Assembly (NCBI GenBank): GCA_037447605.1
Contig: CM074818.1
Location: 1,996,617 to 2,060,616 of the forward strand
Reading direction: 5' to 3'
Length of the DNA: 64,000 bases
Origin: Zygnema circumcarinatum SAG 698-1b
Lineage: Eukaryota; Plantae; Zygnematophyceae
The translations under genes and the position numbers were made by a program. Below, piece after piece: positions 50,526 through 64,000 of the stretch (positions within the stretch are counted from its first letter, which is position 1; every line of letters begins with the position of its first letter). A model generated the notes under the pieces. The model made no database searches and was not told where the DNA came from. It saw only the letters and a program-made list of their open reading frames with translations.

Positions 50526-51243
50526 CGCAAACAAGACCTGAACCCTGAACCCTGAACCCTGAACCCTGAACCCTAAAGACCCGGTCCAAACCCTAAGCTG
50601 CCGCTTCTCCTCAGTCAGCTGCTGCTGCATGCAATGTATGGGAGGGGCTCGGAATGATGACTTGGCAGGGAGGTCGCATCATACGGATATGGACAAAGGC
50701 AAAATGTGCAGGCGAGAGACCGGAAGAAAAGCTTCTTCTGCATTTTGCAGTCAACCGGGTTCAGGACTAAAGATTTGGGGTTTAGGGTTTAGGCTTTAGG
50801 GTTTAGGGCTTAGTGTTTAGGGTTTGCGTTTTAGGGTTTAAGGGTTAGGGTTTAGGGTTTTAGTGTGGTTATGTACATATGACATGACATAACATAGGTT
50901 CAAAACTCTGAAGTCCTGGTATCTTAACCCTGCAAAATCTTAAGCTCTATCTAAACCCTGACTCCTAAACCCTGATTTGTAAACCCTAATCCATTAACTC
51001 CGGATTCAATAGTACGGTTACTCCTGCCAAAACCGATCATCAGCGGGCGGGTTAATCGTTGAACTCTGCAGATTCCATATAGTGGACTCGAGATTAACTT
51101 TAATTTGAGGTCGGACACCGTCGATCGGCAGATTTTGGAGATCGTAGGACAATATAGTTCCGGGATCAACGGAAAAAAATGGGTAGCCAATAACGGGCAG
51201 ACACGTGGCAGAGGTAGCCATATTCCGCTGGTCGGCTCATCGT

Positions 51244-51365
51244 AGCCGTTCAATTCTGGGAGTTTTTAGGCGATTCTAGGCCGTTGATCTGAGAGGTTTT
51301 TAAGGCAATGGCAGCCGTCGATCTTCGTACCCTTTAGGTGATCGCAGCCGTTGATTCTCAAGACA
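51244..51365 (+). repeat. Four phased 33-35 bp degenerate units with a GCCGTY(G/C)AT core
   Basis: Cores start at 51245, 51280, 51314 and 51347. The first three are followed by TTTAGG/TTTAAGG. Confidence 0.65.
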
Positions 51366-51681
51366 ATGGTGACTCGCCACGTGTAACGCTCGCCATTCGG
51401 CCCTATGCCAGCCCTAGAAAAATAGTACTTAAAAAAGTTTCAATCCAATCAGTGACCACCACGTGGTGCCCAGCGGCCATTTTCCCTACGGCTCCGCAGA
51501 TCGCACCCGTCGAACGAGGACGCTCTCCAAAACTGCCTCCTCCAATCATTGCTCGCCACGGAGGATATTACACACACGTGGCGTCCTTCGGTTGGCCGTG
51601 TCCGTCCGACGTGGCAAATCACTTTGCACCGATAAAGTGGGGGCTTCCCCCCACTACCTCCCCTGGGTGCTTGCAGGGCTG

Positions 51682-51712
<31 letters not shown>

Positions 51713-52879
51713 CGTTGCAGGAGTTGGAGTTGCAGGAGTTGCAGGAGTTTGGAGTCTGAAGGTGCTGCAGGAGGGAGGTTGGAGCCGGTTCAAGAGTTGC
51801 TTCAGGAGTTGGAGGCAGGCAGGCAGGGGTGGCAGGAGGGAGGGAGGGAGGGAGGAGTGAGCGAGGTAGCGGAGGTGCTTGGACGAGAGAGGTGAGCAGG
51901 GAGAGAAGGAGGGACGGAGGCAGGAGCATGCATGTATTTTGGTTTGTGTTCTATGGGAATGGATTGGGAGAGTGGGAGGGAGGGAGAGGGGAGAGGGATG
52001 GAGGGAGGGAGGAAGGGAGGGAGGGAGAGGGAGGAAGAGCGAGGGAGGGAGGGAGGGAGATCGGGAGGGAGGGAGGGGGAGAATGAGGAAGAGAGGGAAA
52101 AAGGGAGAGAGATAGAGAGAGAGCTTTCACGCTCTTATTGCCGCCTGTTTCTTCACCTTATTACGTTTGTTAGTAAAAAAAAAAAATTTCAATGTTTGAT
52201 AAATTGCGGATTGCTTCCAGGCAAATGTAATTTTCTGTACGGTTGGTTGCTGTTTGTTTTCCCTGTTTGGAAGCTTCAGGTTTGTCCAATGACTTGCTTT
52301 CTTTTGTCTTTATTTCTTTTTTTTTTTTGACCAGTCATTGTGTCTTGGTAATCGCTGGGATCATGGAACAGTTGTAGCTTCACCTTCCATGACTACTTTT
52401 TTGGATTTTCTTTATGCATTTTTGAAAATAAGTCTCTCACTGACTCTTAAGCTGCTGCTGACGTTTCGTTTTCTATGCTTGGACTCCTTTTATTGGAACA
52501 AAGTCAGTTCGTAGCAACGATGCCAACATCTCTCGCTCTCACTCCCTTTCTCATTCTTCCACCTTATTTCTCTTTCTGAACAAGAAGACCAAACAAAAAA
52601 ACTTGATAAAGTTAACCCAGCAGACACTGCACCTTGAGCACATCTTCTGATTCTCAGACTGTTCGGAGGTCCTTGCTTACTAATGCCAAGTTTTTCCTCC
52701 CCCTTTTTTTTCTTTTGAATGTTGTTGTGCAGCATTTTGAGCTATTTCCGAGCTCGAGATTTTCCGGCTCAAGGAAGAGGCAACCCAATTCCACAAATTG
52801 GTTTAAAAAAAAAAAGTTATATATATAATCCAATCCATTCAAGCCTTTGTAACGTCCCCCCGCTTCTGCAAGCCAGGCC

Positions 52880-56846
<3,967 letters not shown>

Positions 56847-57082
56847 AGGGAGAGGGAGAGGCAGGGGGGAGGGGAGAGGGTGGGGAGGGGTCGAGGAGGA
56901 GGGCGAGATGCGGAAGGGGAGACGAGCGAGAGAGCGAGCGAAAGGAGGGGAAGGGGATGGGAGGGGGAGAGACGAGGGGGGAGGGAGGGAGAGGGAGAGG
57001 GAGAGGGAGAGGGAGAGGGAGACATGTGGAGCTATGGAGCGATGGGCATGGCTTGATGGAATGATCAAGCGGGAAGGGAGGG

Positions 57083-58495
57083 AGAGTGAGAGGACAGCTG
57101 ATCGCATTCAGATGTTTTGGAACGTAAGTGTATTGTAGGTACGGATGGAGCCTGAAGTTGGATGGTTTTCGAGGTTTTTTTGAGGTAATTTTTTTTTTCC
57201 CAAAAGCGGTGAACTGTTTCGGTCTATGCTCGCAACTGGTCTGGAACGGAACCACAAGGAGGCGCCGTCCGTAAAGTTGACCTGTTTTGTGATTCGATGA
57301 TCGGTCAATATAAAAAGGGTAGTGATATTTCCACCCCTTTTTTGGATCCAAACACCCCTTCCCGGCCGGGCAGATTTCAGAAGGGATTAAAAACAGAAAA
57401 TGCTTTTTTCACACCTTTTTGGAATCGATACTTACCTTCTTCCGTCGGCTGATTTTATTTTTGCTAACCAAGGAAAATGATAACACGTCACCGCATTTTG
57501 AATACTGTATCCCGCCTTCCTGAATTTTTTTTTTGAGGGAAAGAATTATCTGCCTGCCCGAATCCGCTCGGAGGGTAAGATCCGTCCGCCACAAGATCGT
57601 TCGCGGGTGTCCGTCCTTCACACGTGTGTGTCAATCGCAGCTGTCGATTCCCTCGCAGATCGCACCACTGCAAATCACCGTTCGATCTGCAGCCGGGCTC
57701 GATCTTAGCGAATGGAAAGCGCCCACGAGTCCCGTCAAAGCCAAATCGCAAGTGCGAGTGCGCGCGTCCCTCGGCCCGAGATCTCGTCAATTTTAGCTCG
57801 CAGCCAATCAACATCTGCCACGTGTTTCATTTTTGACGTGGAAAATTATGATTGGTTCAAGATCTCAATGTACAAAATTTTGGGTTCCTCACATTGCGAT
57901 CGTACGCCATTTGTACGGACAAACTTTTGAGACGACTTTGGCGGGATACGTGGGCAGGTGCCCCGCGCTGTGACCGAGCCCGGCTGCCGATCAAATAGTA
58001 ATCTGCCGTGTTGCGATCTGCGAGGGAATCGACGGCTGCGATTGACCGCACGCGTGAAAAAAAAATCAGGTAAGCGGGATATTCAAATGGGGTGATGGGT
58101 TATCATTTTCCTTGTTTCGCAGCAATAAATCTGCCGATGGAGGGTGGTATCGATTCCAAAAAGGTGTGAAAAAGCCATTTTCCGCTTTTAATCCTTTTTG
58201 ACATCTGCCCGGCCGGGAAGGGGTGTTTGGATCCAAAAAAGGGGTGGAAATATCACTACCCTTTTTATATTGACCGATCATCGAATCACAAAACAGGTCA
58301 ACTTTACGGACGGCGCCTCCTTGTGGTTCCGTTCCAGACCAGTTGCGAGCATAGACCGAAACAGTTCACCGCTTTTGGGAAAAAAAAAATTACCTCAAAA
58401 AAACCTCGAAAACCATCCAACTTCAGGCTCCATCCGTACCTACAATACACTTACGTTCCAAAACATCTGAATGCGATCAGCTGTCCTCTCACTCT
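57083..58495. mobile_element. ~1.4 kb foldback (long inverted repeat) structure
   Basis: 57083-57375 is the exact reverse complement of 58203-58495. Diverged pairing continues inward to about 57745/57930, leaving a ~185 bp loop. The right end abuts an N gap. Confidence 0.7.
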
Positions 58496-59758
58496 NNNNN
58501 NNNNNGAGGTGGGGAGGGAGTGGAACATTTGTTTTGAAGGTGAGACGGAGGAGTTGGGAGGTGGGAGGAAGGAGATGGCCGAGCGGAGAGAGGAGAGAGG
58601 AGTGGGAGACAAGTTAGAGAGAGGGGAGAGGGGAGGAGAAATTCAGAAAGAGGAGATGATGACCATGAGCGACAGTGATGACTATGAGATCCATGCAGTC
58701 ACTCCCCGTTTCTTGTAAACAATGATCCTTTTTCTAACGACAACTTTGTGTTAAGCGCCAAGCTTGGGAAGAAATAGGGTGGGAGCCGCTCATATGTGGG
58801 TCAATAGTTAGGCCCCGCAGATCGTCCTAGATGAAGGCCCAACCCGCCCTGCTTTCCATCGTTGCACGGCTCAAGGGTCGTTTCGCTACGCAACATTGGC
58901 ACGTAAGGACTGGGTGGTACCTTGAAGGATAACCCCAAAATAATGGTGCAATTTCACTGACTTTGCCACGTGAAAACTTGCTAAATTGAATTTCTATATG
59001 AACCGTATAGCAAGATGCAATTCTGAGTGTTTAGAGACTGGAAGCCTCCAACGAGCTCTCCAATTAGGGTGTCTCCTTTATACCTAATTACAAAAATGGC
59101 ATCGAGAAGTTAAGAACGGAATGTACATAACCAATTTAGCGCCGACAAGCGACACACGCTGCTCCAGACACTCACGTTTCTCACATTTTCGCTATTTGAT
59201 GTTTCGCGAGGTGGCCGCGGCGGTGGTCTTTAACTAGCGACGGAAGAAGGCCTCCTCCAGCTGTCATTCCGCATGCTTTATTTAAAAAAAATAAGATCAA
59301 ACGAACTTTCATATGGTCCTCCCTCTCGCTCCCTCTTCCCCCACCCACTTACCATTCCCTTCTTCTTTCCTCCCGTACAGCCAACCCCACCAATGTCCAC
59401 ACCCCCGGCCCCCGCCGCGAGCATACAAGAGCCCCAACACCAAATGTACCGCAAACTCATTACATCACATCGCGTTACATCACGCCATATCACACCACAT
59501 CGCCACGAGGTACCCCGAAGCTTCGTGCGCGGTCCACTCTAACAGGCATCCAAGCTTGCTTCTTCTATACACGGCAACATACCCCCCGGTCTAGCGAGTG
59601 CATGCACGTGCACCCGCTACCTGCATCTGCTGCTACGTATCGTATTCCTCAAGTCAGCGCGCGTTTGGGAGCATCCCTTCCTTTGTCACTCTCTGTACAT
59701 ACAATCGACACAGTGCAATGTACAAAAAAAAAGAAAAGGAGCGTCTCCTTCAGTGCAT

Positions 59759-59893
59759 TCATTTGGCCTTTGCGAATCCAATCCGGTCGTTTCCGGAGTC
59801 GTATGTTGAATAGTACACTCCGAGGAAGACATCACCCAAAATCCTGCGGAGCCAGAAAAATCACAGTTAGCTTGAAAAACACGATCGCTTCTC

Positions 59894-59933
<40 letters not shown>

Positions 59934-62900
59934 CCCCCCTCTCTCTTTCTTTCTCTCTCTCTCCCTCTCTCTCCCCCTCCCCCGCCCCCACTATCTCTTT
60001 GTTATCTAGGGTAAAGATCAGGAGTTCCAGACGGAGAACCAAAATTGAGCGGAGGCCAAGATCAAGATAAAGATCAAAACCAACCTGATGTCAAGATCAA
60101 GACGAAGGTCAAGATAAAGATCAATGGTTAAGACCAAGGCAAAGGTCACGATAAGGATCCAGACTAATTTTCCAACTTACACTTTTTACAATTAATGTCG
60201 GCCAAAGAAGCTCCATCACATGCTTAGATAATGCACACCAGAGAAAGAGATCAGCGAGGAATTCAGATCCTAAACAACGACTAGCTTCAGACAGCACCTA
60301 GTGATCCGTCTGTTACGATAGTCTCACCAGAGAGGTCCCATGGGAGGGGGTACATCGAGCCCGATAAAACCACTAATACACTGCGCAGCAGCTCCTTCTC
60401 CAATCTTCAAGACATACTGCAAACATCACTCCGGCACCCAAACCACGTCACTGTCTGCTTTCACTCTAAAGCTGGATCGTCTCCTACTAGAACATGAAGG
60501 CAAAACAGACAACAATGCCTTCAACAAAAGCACCCCTTCCCCATAATCCCTCTTTCGCCAAATTCCCCTCCCCCTTCCTCTCCATCTTCCTCCAGTCCAC
60601 CTACCTCCAATTTCCTCACTCTTGCCTCCGCTTCCCCCCTCCTATCCTACTTCCCGCCTCTCTCCATTATCGCCCCCCTTAGCTGGTTGAGCATAGCTTA
60701 TACAGCCAGCCAAGAAATGAAAAGGGCACTAGGGTGCATGTGATGCTCGTACCTGCTCAGGAGTGAGATCAAACGCATGGCCATTGATAACAAAAGCAAC
60801 CTTCGGCAGGGAAGAAAGGTCGGAGCAAGGAACGAGCGACTCTCCGGCAGGGCTCGGGAGATGCTCGCAGAGCTACAAAAAATACGAATACACATTTCTT
60901 AGTCCACAGCTCGAGACGACCTTAGTTCAGAAATAGTCTAATTCAATCAATACTTCGATCTTGTCCGCATGCACAGCTTCTCTTCATTCAGTGCAAGCCC
61001 GTCCTATCGCACGCCCCCCTGTCCCTCTCCTTCCGTTGCCTCTCCCCACCTCCCTCCCTCTTTCCCAACGCCTCCAACCCATTCTTCTCTCTAAGTTGAC
61101 GTTTTTAGAACGAGAAGGAAATACGACCCCCATACTAATGCCATCAAGGGAAACACATATTCAAGGTGCAGGGGAACTTGGCTTCCGGCAAATATCCACA
61201 TACCGAGTTGAGATGATCAATGACTTGAGTTTGCGTTTTGTTCTGTGCAAGCTGGTTTTCCACCCAGATAACGAATGTCTCGCAGAAAGTGCACCGCGGA
61301 TCATTCAAACCTTCCCCTTCAACCTTGCGCTCACTCGGTAGCTTCAATTCGCTATCAAACTCCTGCAGCTTCGACCTGATTTCAAAAAATAACATTCAAG
61401 TTTAACACCACTGCCCTCAAGTTAAATTTGGCGGCTGCCACCAAGGTATTTGCAATGAAACAGGGTGCATGTAATATAGCTCCTTGAATTTGAACAAGTG
61501 ATGGTTCCATCAAAACATATCCTTACTTCCAGTTCTGCATTACAAGTTACCAGCATATTGTCAGAGAAGACATCGACGACTTACATGATGTCTGCGATTT
61601 CAGCCGACGCTGTGCAGAGTCCAATAACCTTACATATTTTTTCAGGATCCATCTGCAAGCCAACAGAGCAAGAAAAAAATTCAACATCAAGGAAACTCCA
61701 AATTTCATCTTTGAAAAAAATGTCAAAAAACTTTCGATAAACAAATATTGTCCAAGTATTCGAAGCTTAAGAATTGACTGTTTACGGTCAAGCTTGTGAA
61801 TAAAACATCGTATGAAAAGTGGTCACTGAAGCCCATGCCGTACATACATAACAATTTAACAAATGAAGCTTAATGAAGTCAAAGTACGTGACTGTAGAAA
61901 TCCTGTACCAAAAGGAGACTCTACGGCCAAAAGAATAGAGTCACCCAAGACTCTCTCTCTCCCCCCCACTCTCTCCCTCACTTTTGCACCGCACGCATAC
62001 AACAACACTGCAGGCATCTACAGTATCCTTCTCTCACACTATCAGGCTCTCGCTGCTATTTTCTACCAGTATGTAATAAAGCTCAACGACACATGACGAC
62101 AAAATAAAAAAGATTATGAGAGAAAAAGTGTACCCTTTGCTCGAGAAGATCAATAATTGTTGAGGCATAATCGTGGACAAGCTGCTTGCACTGAGCACTA
62201 ATCACCCCTGTGGCTCCAATTGCAGCATTAATCTCTGCTACCACAGCCTGCAGGAAACGTTGTACAACGACGGGAAGAATCGGTAAAAAATGGAAATGGG
62301 ACGGTGTTAGAATATGCAAGACCACAGACTTTTCGAATATGTAAGAAATCTTACATCGCAAGCCGATCATTTCGCAAAGAGAAGCAGCTCCAACAATTGC
62401 ACACTTGGGCAAAGATATGTACATACAAGTGAAGTCCCTTTCAAAGAGCAAAGCATCTAGCAAGAGTCAGAGAAACAGAGAGATTCTCGCACTACTAGAG
62501 CAGTTAGGAGATGATGTTCACAAGCAACCAAGGAAGCAAAAAGGTCAAATGCATCTGTATGCTAATGCTAATAGTTGAGGCAATTTATAGATAGATTGAA
62601 CCTACTGAAGGTCCTGCCAAAAGTGAAGTTCCTGTATCAGCAATTCCAGAGCATCCGGTCTTGCAAAATCCTGCAAAATGTGAAGCATAAAAAGAAGGTA
62701 TATCATCAATTTTCATCACAGTAATTCCTCTTAACTACTTTCTGTCAGCAGCCAAATCACTACTCAAAGCAAAGTGAAGAGCTATACTTTCGCAAGTAAA
62801 AGGGACAGACAGAGGAGGAGAAGAGAGAGAGGCGGAGAGGAGGAACAAAGGAAAACAAGGAGGCGGGAATCATTGTGTTCCTTCAGAAGTAGCTTCACAC

Positions 62901-63855
62901 AACACATATACACAAGTACATTGTATTCTACTTTACCAATGATAAGAAGCAAATGAAGAAAGGTAGACTCACTAACGACAGTTGTCAGTTAATGGAAAAC
63001 TGGAAAATTGTACACAGATAGCCACATAAAGGACGGGTCGAGCTTACCAGTGCTCTGGTTGCCGATCAAAACGTCATCCAACGCAAACTGCAAAAGTAGA
63101 TTCATCACAAGCACCAAGAAAAACCTTCATAACTAAAGCTTCGGGACCAAATGAATTTCTTAAACTGGTGAGGTTGGTAACACAGCACGACGAAGAGATT
63201 CAAACCAAACCATTAAAAAACCAATCCTGCATTCTTCGATAAATCTTGAGACATGACAGAGCAAAGCACAACCTCCACATGCTTCCAAAACATGCCAGAA
63301 ATGTGAGTTTTTTCTGCCAACCTGCCAGTATCCCTTTCGAGTAATGTTTGACCAGTACTGCTTCCCGACGAAGTGATCGGGATCCGCTCCTCCCAACACA
63401 AGCTCCCCTCCCACTGCTCCTGAAGGATCGCGGTTGAACCAGAAAGAGAACACAGGCTCCGGAACCAACTTTCTATCCATAATGTTGTACCTGCAAATAT
63501 CCAAAAAATATGCCTGTTGTAGTAAGTGAAGGTTTGCAAGTTGGACGAGTTTTTGAAAAAAAAAAAAAAAAAACAAAAAAAAAAACAAAAAAGGAATGAA
63601 TCACCACAAAAGTAACGAGTCGAGCAGCCCCGTTCTTATTTCTAACTTTTCCAAGATTCATAGACCTACAAGCAATCCCGTAAATCCTCATCCAAGGCCC
63701 GAAAAAGGTGAAAAAGGGAAGCGATAAGAGATTGTCACAAACCAAAGCGGCTTGATACGGTTCACAGAGATTTCCTGGTAGCCGAATCCGAGAATGCCAT
63801 CAAATTTGGCTGCAATGAAAGCGAGTCCAGGCTCCTTTGTGGCTTCTGCAAAAAC
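59759..63855 (-). CDS. Phytepsin-type A1 aspartic proteinase with plant-specific (saposin-like) insert; 5' exons lie beyond the window
   Basis: Exons 63855-63743, 63490-63322, 63087-63048, 62670-62606 ([12 protein letters not shown]), 62247-62134, 61652-61585, 61375-61204 ([15 protein letters not shown]), 60872-60753, 60416-60328 and 59843-59759 (ILGDVFLG...RIGFAKAK*). All are phase-consistent GT-AG. Confidence 0.96.
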
Positions 63856-64000
63856 CTGCATGGCCAGACGAAAGTCGGAAAGGAAATATTGAGTGACGAG
63901 ATAAAAATCCGACAAGACGACGACAACGAAATGAAGAAAAATATTGCAGAGCAACTAACATAAAAAAAAATATGCAAACAAACAGAAATAAAAAGAAACA

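Overview
Eukaryotic nuclear DNA from a draft assembly with seven 10-N gaps. The gene set is land-plant-like and the introns are extremely low-complexity, which suggests a streptophyte green alga (inference). Ten intron-containing genes were reconstructed by hand from splice sites and phase: a TPT-family sugar-phosphate/nucleotide-sugar transporter (+, 3' part), an F-box/RCC1-repeat protein (-), ESF1 (+), a PIN-LIKES auxin carrier (-), sorting nexin 2 (-), a THA8-like PPR protein (+), an O-fucosyltransferase-family protein (+), an LRAT/NC-domain protein (-), a membrane-anchored hexokinase (+) and a phytepsin-type aspartic proteinase with plant-specific insert (-, 5' end outside the window). Most long ORFs in the six-frame track are translations of GA/CT or G-rich microsatellites. 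Three segments are duplicated across N gaps and are probably assembly artefacts. The most notable non-coding structure is: (i) degenerate telomere-like arrays with the G-strand on the sense strand close to several start and stop codons, and in inverted pairs inside two introns; (ii) a ~1.4 kb foldback palindrome 3' of the hexokinase; (iii) several self-complementary or phased micro-arrays in intergenic spacers; (iv) a 43-bp duplication of a start codon. No rRNA, tRNA, CRISPR array or transposase was recognised.
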